Assembly (NCBI GenBank): GCA_045863335.1
Contig: BTVY01000050.1
Coordinates: 1-53,902 of the forward strand
Reading direction: 5' to 3'
From: Candidatus Hydrogenedentota bacterium
GTDB lineage: Bacteria; Hydrogenedentota; Hydrogenedentia; Hydrogenedentales; SLHB01
DNA: 53,902 nt
In this document: positions 45,952 through 53,902 of the stretch, piece by piece
Numbering within the stretch: the stretch's first letter is position 1
Layout: the number at the start of each line of letters is the position of its first letter
The notes under the pieces: model-generated
Told to the model about the DNA's origin: nothing
Seen by the model: the letters and a program-made list of their open reading frames with translations, nothing else
Databases searched by the model: none
Program-made: the position numbers and the translations under genes

Positions 45952-46224
45952 CTACTGGGAATCCCAGATGGCGGCTTTCTCTTTTTCTCGCCGTTCATCG
46001 AGCGAGGCAATGGCCTCCGCCGCCTCCGCGCGAAACTGGTCAAGCTCTTCCGCCGACGTGGCTTGGGAGAGCCGTTCGTCGAGTTTCATACGTTCTTCCG
46101 CGGTAAGCGCGTCATATCGCTTGTCGATGACTGCGATCTTCTCGCGCTGCTCGTCCGTCAGCCTCTGCGCGGGTCCACTTTCCTTTTCCAGCCGTTCCAT
46201 GGCGATTTCATAAGCACTCTTCAC
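45952..46224 (-). CDS. Small conserved helical hypothetical protein
   Basis: MKSAYEIAMERL N-terminus; RBS AAGGAGG before GTG. Confidence 0.75.
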   Translation of the reverse strand: MKSAYEIAMERLEKESGPAQRLTDEQREKIAVIDKRYDALTAEERMKLDERLSQATSAEELDQFRAEAAEAIASLDERREKEKAAIWDSQ

Positions 46225-46276
46225 GCAAATCCTCCTTGTTTAGGTAGTGGACGCCGTCACAGGGGCCGCGGCCCGA

Positions 46277-46765
46277 TCAGAGCGAAAACTCATCGTTTAG
46301 AACGCTGGCGATAAATCGTTCCACGGATACCGGGAAATACCGGCTGTCGGGCGACAGAATTACTCCGGTCACGATGTCTTCGTGCCGCTCCAATTCGTCG
46401 AGCGTGTCAGCCAGCACCCGTTCCAGATGGGCCTCCAGCTTCTTCACTTCCAATTGGTCCGATTTACACTCTACGGGCCGGCCCCGAAACCCCAGGAACC
46501 CGAAGAGCCGTCCCGTCAACTCGGCATCCACGTTATCCTCGCCGAAAATTTCGCCATAACTGGGCTCGTACTGGGACGGCCGAATGACGAATCTGGGGGA
46601 GACATGCACGGTGCCGCGAACGCGTACGGTGCCGCGCTCGGCGTCTTCCCGTTCGCTCAGGCACACGTACGGCAACTCGTGATACCCGCTTACGATGCCG
46701 TAAGTCGGTTTCTTGACTATCTGCGTGCGCCGGTAGATATCGCGCATTTCATCGGAGCTGAACAT
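46277..46765 (-). CDS. Conserved hypothetical protein
   Basis: Globular-looking 162-aa ORF; ATG at 46765 preferred. Confidence 0.7.
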   Translation of the reverse strand: MFSSDEMRDIYRRTQIVKKPTYGIVSGYHELPYVCLSEREDAERGTVRVRGTVHVSPRFVIRPSQYEPSYGEIFGEDNVDAELTGRLFGFLGFRGRPVECKSDQLEVKKLEAHLERVLADTLDELERHEDIVTGVILSPDSRYFPVSVERFIASVLNDEFSL

Positions 46766-46900
46766 ACTGCTTTCCGTATTGCTTACATCGGCTGCGAACC
46801 TCGTAAACTGGATCGTTCGCGCCAATTTGAGTGTAGCGCAGGCCCCAGGGGTGCGGCAAACCGGGTCATTCAGGAAGACCTTGCGCCCAGTGCCGCGATC

Positions 46901-46939
46901 AACATGAAACGAGGCCGCAAGCGCTGCTTGCGGCCTCGT
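46901..46939 (-). terminator. Rho-independent terminator after pilQ
   Basis: 14-bp perfect stem ACGAGGCCGCAAGC-gct-GCTTGCGGCCTCGT followed by a T-rich run on the minus strand. Confidence 0.8.
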
Positions 46940-46960
46940 GGCAGGTACGTTCAGGTAGGG

Positions 46961-49900
46961 TTAGTGGACCGAGCGGCGCCACTTCCAGATGGGGTCGCGC
47001 ATCTCCTGCGGTTTCACGTAGTCCTTGAGCGCATCGCGCTGCGAATCCGGCACGCGCGGCGTCGCGTCGAGCTTGTCGTACTCACGCTGGTGCGACGGCG
47101 TCAGATCCGCCATGGGGTCGTGAAGTACCCGGCACGTCAAGAAGATCAGCAGTTCCGTATTCACCTTCTCCACGTTCGTGTTCTTGAACGCGATGTTCAG
47201 CAGCGGAATGTCGCCGAGCACCGGCACCTTGCTTACCGTGTGCGTGTCGGACACGTTGCGCAGGCCGCCGATGAAGATGGTCCGGCCATCCTCCGCGCGC
47301 AGGGTTGTCTGCGCTTCGCGGAGGTCTTCAATAGGCACGCCCGTTTCGGTGAGACCGCTGACCGAACTTTGCTTCGCCTGGATCTGCACGATGGTGTCGT
47401 TCTCGTGGGTCACCCGCGGCGTCACCATCAACGTCACACCGATGTCCTTGAACTCGGTGGTGGCGACCGGCGGTCCCGTCAGGCCCTGCGTGATTTCCTG
47501 GTAGGGGAATTCCTGCACGATGGCGATCTCGGCCGGCTTGTTCTCGACCGTGACGATGCTCGGGTTCGCGAGGATCTCCGCGTTCCGGCTCTGCACTTCG
47601 GCGGCAATCACGGTATTCAGCCGGATATCGTTGGTCAGGATGCCCAGCGTGATCGCGCCCGCATCCAGCGCGGCGGGGAGGAGCCCGGCGTTCGGCAGGC
47701 CATCGGCCCCAAAGGGGACGCCCAAGTTGCTGCGGAAGCTCGCTTCGGACACGTCGCTGATGAGATCGCCGTTCGTGCTGTAGTCGCGAATCGCATCCAG
47801 CAACCACGACACACCCGTCTGCGAACCGTCCCGCATGACCGCGTCTACAATCATCGCCTCGATGGCCACTTGCTTGACCGGCTTGTCCACGTCGTTCAGG
47901 ACCAGCTTGATCTGCTCCACGACCACCGGCATATCGGTCACCACCAGGTGACGGCCCTGTGCGTCCATCTCTACTTTTCCGACCTCTTCGGTCAGCAAAG
48001 ACTCGGCGATGGGCTGGGCGTCCGCCGGTTCGAGGTAGTTCAATTTAATCGCTTCCGTGACCGTGGGCAGCGCGGGCTCGGACACATCCAACTGGCGCGC
48101 CAACGACTCGAACTCGGTTACCCGCTCTTCCGGTCCCGAGATGATTAATACATTCGTGGTCGCGTTTGCCGACAAGGTCACCAGTTCGGCATCAGGTGCG
48201 CCGACCAGTACACCGTCCAACGTCTGCTTCACCTCTTCGGACTGGGCCTTCTCAAGCACGACCATTCGCGTCGTGCGACGGGCCGCGACGGCCTCTTCGT
48301 AGGGAACGATTCGGAAGATGCCTTCTTCCTCCACAATACCCAGCCCATTCATGCGCAACACCATATCCATCGCCTGGCGCAGCGGAATGTTGCGGATGTC
48401 CGCTGTCACCGTGCCGATAATATCCGTGCCGGCGATGACGTTGACCTGTGCTTTCTTGGCAAGGAGTTGCACGACGGCGCTGAGGTCCATTTCGCGAAAG
48501 TCGATGTTCACCGGTTGATCGAGCGGATCCATGCCGGCGGGCAACGTCTGACGCTCCACATACGGCATGGGTTCAGGTTCCTGGGCTGCTTCTACCGGCT
48601 CCGCTTCCTCGACCACCGCCACCGGCGCTTCTTCCTCTGCCGGCTCCGCCTCATCCACCACAGCGACCGGCGTTTCCACGTCGATCGGAGCAGCCTCTTC
48701 TTCGGATTCCTGCGGCGGCGCGGCCTCTGCCGGGGCTTCCTCTGCCGGTGCTGCCGGTTCTTCGGCCACCGGCGCAGCTTCCGCCGGCTCTGCCTGAGCC
48801 GGGGTTGCCGGTGCTTCCGGCTCCGGCGACGTCGCTTCAGGCGCTGGCGCCGGTTCGGCTTGCGCGGGAGGTTCCGCGGCAGCGGCATCGGCATGCTGTG
48901 CCAGTTGTGCCGCGGCGAGATCGAGCGGGACTGACGTTACCAACTGCATTCCGGACGGAGGCGTCTCGGCGCTGCCGGAATCAAGAATTGGCACGATGGG
49001 TCCCTGCAGTGCCGCCAACGCGTTATCGAGCATGTCTTCTTCGGATTCTTCCACGGCGTCCGGCACAACGACCTCGGCCATTTCCATGGGCGCGCTATCC
49101 GGGCTCTGCGGCGCCATTTCTTCCAGGGCCGCAAGTTGCCTGCTTAGCCCTTCCAATGCGGCCACCACGGTGCGCTCAGACATTACCGGCGCAGGCTCCG
49201 GAGTGGGGGAGGGGGCTTCCGAGGCTGCCTTGGCAAGGCGCGTGAATTCGTCCTGTGACCGCTCATAGAGGGCGCTCAGATCGCGCTCGAGCGCCGCGAA
49301 GGCCTCGCGATCCGCTGCGCCGCCCGAGCGAATCTCCTTCGCGAGACCTTTGACAGCGGACGCGCCCGCTTCCGGTGCGACACGGCCGTTTTCGATCGCA
49401 TTGTGCAGTTCATTCGCGCGGACACGCAATGAAGCGAGTCGCTTGGCCGATTCCGTCTCCCGCGCGGCTACGGCGTCCCAGAATTCCTGGTTTGACGTCT
49501 CGTCCTGATGGATGAATTCGCGGAGCGCGCGTTGTGCTGGAGAATCTTCGGACGGGGAAGCGCCCAGGCTTATCGCGGGGCGGCCGGCTTGCGCATTGAG
49601 CGCAGCTTCTTCCAGGCGCTGCACTGTGGCTTCGGTTTCCGCCGCCTGCGCCTCCAGTTCGGCGAGCATCTCCGTTACGTTGGTTGGCAAAGGCGCGTCT
49701 GGTGCCGGCGTCGCGGGCGCAGGCGCAGGTGCGGGCGTCTCTACCGCATGAGCAGGCTCCGCAGGTTCCTCGAACGTCATGCCCGGCGCCGCCAGTTGAA
49801 GCTCGATGCCTTTTTCGACTTCCCTGAACAGCGGCGTGGCATCGCCTTTCATGTCGATCACAATCCGCGAAACGAACTCGGGTTCGAGCGAAAACAGGCT

Positions 49901-50275
49901 CGTTCGTACCCGCTCGACAACCGGGTCGCTTTCCGCTTCGAGCACGTTGCCCGACTCGAAGTTGATGGTGTTATGGAAATCGACGACCAGTTTCGTCTCG
50001 CCATCCAGGAAAAACCAGTCGTACTCGGGCCGGCCTTCGGTGTGGATCGCCAGCATCGAACCGTTCGGCGTGCCGCCCAGCTTCAGGCTCACGATGGCCG
50101 CAGCCTGTCGCGCCGAATCGAGCAGCGCAGCATCCGGTTCACGTCCCTGCTTTTCCAGGGCGACGCGAACGATGCTCTCCTTGCGCTCCCCGATGGCGCC
50201 CGGATCGGCCATAGCCGACGCGGCGAGTAGCGCGGCCAGCACGGCCACTGTGCATCTTCTATTGCGTGGTAACAT
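46961..50275 (-). CDS. pilQ: Type IV pilus secretin with AMIN domain and long linker
   Basis: Signal peptide; AMIN (KLVVDF..RVRTS..SRIVID); N0 NIDFREMDL; QVAIEAMIV; ANPSIVTVENKPA; KVPVLGDIPLL; ELLIFLT. Confidence 0.92.
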   Translation of the reverse strand: MLPRNRRCTVAVLAALLAASAMADPGAIGERKESIVRVALEKQGREPDAALLDSARQAAAIVSLKLGGTPNGSMLAIHTEGRPEYDWFFLDGETKLVVDFHNTINFESGNVLEAESDPVVERVRTSLFSLEPEFVSRIVIDMKGDATPLFREVEKGIELQLAAPGMTFEEPAEPAHAVETPAPAPAPATPAPDAPLPTNVTEMLAELEAQAAETEATVQRLEEAALNAQAGRPAISLGASPSEDSPAQRALREFIHQDETSNQEFWDAVAARETESAKRLASLRVRANELHNAIENGRVAPEAGASAVKGLAKEIRSGGAADREAFAALERDLSALYERSQDEFTRLAKAASEAPSPTPEPAPVMSERTVVAALEGLSRQLAALEEMAPQSPDSAPMEMAEVVVPDAVEESEEDMLDNALAALQGPIVPILDSGSAETPPSGMQLVTSVPLDLAAAQLAQHADAAAAEPPAQAEPAPAPEATSPEPEAPATPAQAEPAEAAPVAEEPAAPAEEAPAEAAPPQESEEEAAPIDVETPVAVVDEAEPAEEEAPVAVVEEAEPVEAAQEPEPMPYVERQTLPAGMDPLDQPVNIDFREMDLSAVVQLLAKKAQVNVIAGTDIIGTVTADIRNIPLRQAMDMVLRMNGLGIVEEEGIFRIVPYEEAVAARRTTRMVVLEKAQSEEVKQTLDGVLVGAPDAELVTLSANATTNVLIISGPEERVTEFESLARQLDVSEPALPTVTEAIKLNYLEPADAQPIAESLLTEEVGKVEMDAQGRHLVVTDMPVVVEQIKLVLNDVDKPVKQVAIEAMIVDAVMRDGSQTGVSWLLDAIRDYSTNGDLISDVSEASFRSNLGVPFGADGLPNAGLLPAALDAGAITLGILTNDIRLNTVIAAEVQSRNAEILANPSIVTVENKPAEIAIVQEFPYQEITQGLTGPPVATTEFKDIGVTLMVTPRVTHENDTIVQIQAKQSSVSGLTETGVPIEDLREAQTTLRAEDGRTIFIGGLRNVSDTHTVSKVPVLGDIPLLNIAFKNTNVEKVNTELLIFLTCRVLHDPMADLTPSHQREYDKLDATPRVPDSQRDALKDYVKPQEMRDPIWKWRRSVH

Positions 50276-50278
50276 CGC

Positions 50279-50941
50279 CTACCGCTCCTCTAGCTCGATG
50301 GGGATCAACATGCCGTCGACATTCAACGTCACCCGATCGGTTTCGATATCGTGTACCGTCACTCCCAGTTCCGGGAATTCAAACCCCCGGGTTACTACTT
50401 CGCTGATTACTTCGCCCTGCACCGGGAACCGGACCACCGCCATAGGATCGAATTGATCCCACATGATCCCGGTAACGGTCAGATTGCGCACGAGCTTCTG
50501 GATGTCCTGCCGCTGCGCCATCGTCTCGGCGCCTCCGGCGGATTCGCCTTGCGCGATTTGCTGCGGTGCAAAGGGGCCTACGAGCGGCGTCATGGGGTTC
50601 ACGTCCGCGGCCACTTCGTCGTAGTCGAAATCCACTTCCTTGATGCCCGCGATCAGTTCATCGATATCCACGTCTGCCCGCTGAAACGCGCTGCCCTGGG
50701 CCGGTGCTCCCGCCGCGGGTGTGGCTGCGGCGGGTGTTGCCGCCGGAGTCGCGGCGGGCGCTCCCGCCGGGGCTGCAGGCGCTCCGGGAGTCGCAGCCGG
50801 CTGGGCCGCGGCCTTTTCCTGATTCTCCCGGTATTGCCGGTCAAACTCGGATTCGGTGAAGAACTGCCAATAAAGGACCCCGAGCGTGGCGATGCCAAGG
50901 ACGACCAGGATAATTACGTTTCTGCGTTGCTTCGGATTCAC
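50279..50941 (-). CDS. PilP-like protein (TM-anchored)
   Basis: Position between pilO and pilQ; NPMTP, LTVTGIMWD..MAVV; Ala/Pro linker; no lipobox seen. Confidence 0.65.
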   Translation of the reverse strand: MNPKQRRNVIILVVLGIATLGVLYWQFFTESEFDRQYRENQEKAAAQPAATPGAPAAPAGAPAATPAATPAAATPAAGAPAQGSAFQRADVDIDELIAGIKEVDFDYDEVAADVNPMTPLVGPFAPQQIAQGESAGGAETMAQRQDIQKLVRNLTVTGIMWDQFDPMAVVRFPVQGEVISEVVTRGFEFPELGVTVHDIETDRVTLNVDGMLIPIELEER

Positions 50942-51549
50942 GACGCTTCCCCCGTGCCCGTGGCCGCGGCATTGTTCTGCGTCAACGCCAACGGATCATC
51001 GCCCAGGAACCGGAAGGTGCTCAGCGTAAAACTCGCTTTCGAGACGCCAGCGTCTTCCTCCTCAATCTTGAGATCGCTGATCTTCAGATAGCGTTCAAAT
51101 CGCTCAAGGCGATTGATGAAACTTGCCGTCTGATGGAAATTGCCGAAGGTCGACACGCTATAAGGGATCGTCTCCTTCGTTTCGTCCTGCAATGACACTT
51201 CCGGTTTCAGCGAGTGGGAGAGACCCACGTCGTTGGCCATGGACTCGAACTGACGCACCAAGTCCGGAATCTCGCGCTCCGTCGGGAGACGTTTGTTGAA
51301 ATCCAAGACCAACTGGTTAATCTTCTGCGTCTCCTCGCGAAGATCGTCGATTTCCACCGCGCGGCGGTTCGCCTCATCCAGATCGCGCTGGACCGAGGTC
51401 ATCTGCGAGCGCACCGCTTCCAAGGCCTCCGTCTGGCGCTTGTGTACAAAGAATACGTACACCGCAACGATGGCGGCCATGATGCCCAGCATGACCCCGA
51501 CGGCCATCCAGTCCTTGGGCGTCACCGTTCCTTTCAGGATGTCGAACAT
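50938..51549 (-). CDS. pilO: Type IV pilus assembly protein PilO
   Basis: TM, coiled coil, LPTEREIPDL, GNFHQTASFINRLE. Confidence 0.88.
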   Translation of the reverse strand: MFDILKGTVTPKDWMAVGVMLGIMAAIVAVYVFFVHKRQTEALEAVRSQMTSVQRDLDEANRRAVEIDDLREETQKINQLVLDFNKRLPTEREIPDLVRQFESMANDVGLSHSLKPEVSLQDETKETIPYSVSTFGNFHQTASFINRLERFERYLKISDLKIEEEDAGVSKASFTLSTFRFLGDDPLALTQNNAAATGTGEAS

Positions 51550-52223
51550 TACGAGTCCCCTCCCGCCGTTATCAGGAACTCCAGCGTAAACCGCTTCACC
51601 GGGTACCCCTCGAACTCGTCGGACGAGAACGATGGCTGCTCCAACTGGAACATACTGGAAAACTCCTCATCCTGCGTCAGCGCGTCCGTCAGTGGACTGA
51701 CGTCCTGACGGCCGTCCGGCGAATCGATGACATATCCGGACAGGCGAAGAATCGGCCGGCTCACCTGAATGGTCTTCATTTCGATCCGCTTCGTCGTCGG
51801 ATTGACCTTCGGCTTCCCCGTCTGCGGATCGAGGACCGGCTCCTGCTTGGGATAGTTCTTTGTCGTGACTTCGATCTCGCTGTACCAGAAATTCGGCGGG
51901 GTCAACTGGGCCAGCAACCACAACTGACGCGACCAGATAATGCGATCCTTGACGATCTCGTCGATGGTATTGATCTTGCCCGCCAACTGAAGCTTGAGCT
52001 GCTCCAGCCGATTCGATTCATTTACGACATTCTGGAGGTTTTGCAGCTCCGTCTCGAGCCGTCTCAGTTCTTTCGTTTCCGCCATGACCGTGGCCTGTGT
52101 CGTGACGAAACTGCTGAATATCCCCAGAAGGAGGATCACGAAGAGCCCTGCGCATGCAATGTACGGCAAGGGGGTGCGCTTAATCGGCCGCAAGTGATGG
52201 GGAAGCAGGTTAATCCGAATCAT
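51549..52223 (-). CDS. pilN: Type IV pilus assembly protein PilN
   Basis: MIRINLLP PilM-binding motif, TM, coiled coil, WS..L..P..W. Confidence 0.9.
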   Translation of the reverse strand: MIRINLLPHHLRPIKRTPLPYIACAGLFVILLLGIFSSFVTTQATVMAETKELRRLETELQNLQNVVNESNRLEQLKLQLAGKINTIDEIVKDRIIWSRQLWLLAQLTPPNFWYSEIEVTTKNYPKQEPVLDPQTGKPKVNPTTKRIEMKTIQVSRPILRLSGYVIDSPDGRQDVSPLTDALTQDEEFSSMFQLEQPSFSSDEFEGYPVKRFTLEFLITAGGDS

Positions 52224-53458
52224 AGGTCAGCCATCCCCCTCGCGGCCAAGCCGACAGCGACCATAAACTGGGCCGGCTGTTCCAGCATGCGTGCCACATT
52301 GTGCTCCGGTCCGAGGACCAGCGCGCTCCGCGTGGGATCCGCGAGTTCCACGGAGACCCCGAGTTCGTCGGCAACCGTTTCTCTCAGCAAGGGGAGGTGG
52401 GCCACTCCGCCGCTCACGATCAGCCGGTCCACCGGGTGTTCGTACAATTGCTGCTCGTAATAATCGAAGGACCGGCGAATCTCGCTGACCAACCGCGCCA
52501 GCGGGGTCGCCAATACCTCGCCCACGTCCTTGTCCTCAACGGCTTGGGCCGCGGGCGCGGAACTCGGCGAAGGCGCCGAATCCAACCCGGACAGTTCCTC
52601 TTCCAATGGGTCGAGCAAACCTCCGCCCAACTCGTCGAGTCCGCCGAGCTTGGGTTCTTCGGGGGGCGGCGACTCGGGGATATCGTCATCCATCTCCGGA
52701 AGCGGCGGCGGTTCCACCGCGGCCGGTTCTTCCGACGCGCTCTGGAAAAGCAGCTTCTCGGCATCCGCAATTTCGACCCGCCGGGCCTTGGCGATAGCCT
52801 GGATTAGCTCGCGCGAACCCCAACTGATGTCGCGGATGAAATTGGAGATGCCGTCCTTCACAAAGTGGATGCTCGTCGTCGTCTGGCCAATATTGATCAG
52901 CGCTACGGTTTCACCAACCCGAAGGAAATCGCAACCTTCCGCGGCATCCGCGAGGGCCAGGGAATCCACGCCAAGGGCCGAATAGGAGATTTCCGCTTCG
53001 TGGGCGATTTGTACCCGGGTTTCCACGACTTCATAACGGGCCGCAACGAGCAGCACCTTCAACATCGTCTTGGTCCCCTCGGTCACCCGGTCCAGCGGCG
53101 TCCAGTCCAGGAACACCTCGGACCGCTCGTAGGGGATGTTCTGCCCGGCTTCGCGCTCGATGGAGTTGGCCAACTGGGCGTCGTCCATCTCCGGCAGCCG
53201 GGGATATCGAATCACCACGGTTTGCCCGGGCAATGCGCCGACCACGTAGGTCCCGGCCAGGGAAATCGTCCGAACCGCCTCGCGCAGGGCGCTGGCTTGC
53301 GCCACCACAGGGTCCATGTTGAATTGCGTCCGGTCGACGAAGGCGAAGCCCACATTGTCGACCCGGAGTCTCCCGCCGTGTTTGGACATCTGGACCGCCT
53401 TGACGGAGTGGGAGCCGATGTCAAGGCCAACGGCTTTCGTGGGTTTCGAGAATAGCAA
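52220..53458 (-). CDS. pilM: Type IV pilus assembly protein PilM
   Basis: VGLDIGSHSVKAV, VLLVAA, INIG, EIRRSFDYY, VSGG, VAVGLAARG. Confidence 0.93.
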   Translation of the reverse strand: MLFSKPTKAVGLDIGSHSVKAVQMSKHGGRLRVDNVGFAFVDRTQFNMDPVVAQASALREAVRTISLAGTYVVGALPGQTVVIRYPRLPEMDDAQLANSIEREAGQNIPYERSEVFLDWTPLDRVTEGTKTMLKVLLVAARYEVVETRVQIAHEAEISYSALGVDSLALADAAEGCDFLRVGETVALINIGQTTTSIHFVKDGISNFIRDISWGSRELIQAIAKARRVEIADAEKLLFQSASEEPAAVEPPPLPEMDDDIPESPPPEEPKLGGLDELGGGLLDPLEEELSGLDSAPSPSSAPAAQAVEDKDVGEVLATPLARLVSEIRRSFDYYEQQLYEHPVDRLIVSGGVAHLPLLRETVADELGVSVELADPTRSALVLGPEHNVARMLEQPAQFMVAVGLAARGMADL

Positions 53459-53580
53459 GGCTAGGCAAACTCCCCGTCCGCTGGGACGTTTCCGGCCAAC
53501 TGGGCGCGCGGCTTAGCCGTATCAAATGCATAGGCACGTATAGCCGTCACGCCCGCTTCCTTACACTGCCACTCACTGTG

Positions 53581-53609
53581 AGCGTAGCAAAAATATAACT
53601 TTCTGTCAA
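53581..53609 (-). promoter_or_regulatory. Sigma70 promoter for pilMNOPQ
   Basis: TTGACA-N17-TACGCT with extended TG on the minus strand. Confidence 0.7.
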
Positions 53610-53902
53610 TACTTAACCCGCAAGAGGTGGGGTATGTCAAGGATGCTAAACAAGGCAAATCGGTGTCGTATCGTTCCATTTTGCAATGGTTTGGAGATTT
53701 CCACCACGAATTGCCGCTCTGCTACCATCCCAGATTTTTCCCTGATTACCCCAAAATCTGTTGACTAGCCCCGAATACCCCGGACACTAGTCTCGTACTA
53801 ATTGTTTCATTATTCTAAAAATTTGTCAACTGTTTTATTGCCCGCACCAATCGAGTAGGAGGGGGAGGATAGTTCCTCCCCCGTCCTCTCACACCACCGT
53901 AC

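Noticed and set aside
46382-48148. 588-aa plus-strand ORF
   Set aside because: Antisense shadow of pilQ in GC-rich DNA; no recognisable motifs
53464-53500. Resemblance to a c-di-GMP-I riboswitch (GGCAAAC...GGGACG...CCGGCC) next to pilM
   Set aside because: It is on the strand opposite pilM and lacks the GNRA loop and GCAAAG segment; the sequence is explained by the pilM RBS on the minus strand

Overview
GC-rich, gene-dense bacterial chromosomal segment with about 44 CDSs. I saw no rRNA, tRNA, CRISPR array, integrase or transposase. The gene content suggests a diderm environmental lineage (PVC/Hydrogenedentota-like); this is inference only. In order: a CoxE-like vWA protein; an Xre/MbcA-RES toxin-antitoxin pair; a TetR-MFP-RND operon followed by a glycosidase-like beta-propeller protein; a stand-alone pilC; a Tat-signal Fe/Mn superoxide dismutase; an aguA-aguB-SSS transporter operon; HU/IHF; a site-2 protease; a type-2 (archaeal-like) ValRS; a CDGSH protein; two GT-C membrane glycosyltransferases around DUF72 and a short orphan flagellin; a STAS plus Hanks kinase pair; a SASA esterase; pdxJ; a lipoprotein; a TPR protein; a 10-gene membrane cluster (GYF-RDD, two B-box zinc fingers, DUF4129, DUF4350, MoxR, DUF58, SpoIIM, RDD); a degenerate GH15-like protein; hypotheticals; and pilMNOPQ with unusual acidic insertions. 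The two strongest leads are the B-box/RDD/MoxR/vWA membrane system (32.1-42.3 kb) and an RND pump in which all five AcrB proton-relay residues appear substituted. All family calls are from motif recognition by eye; no searches were run.
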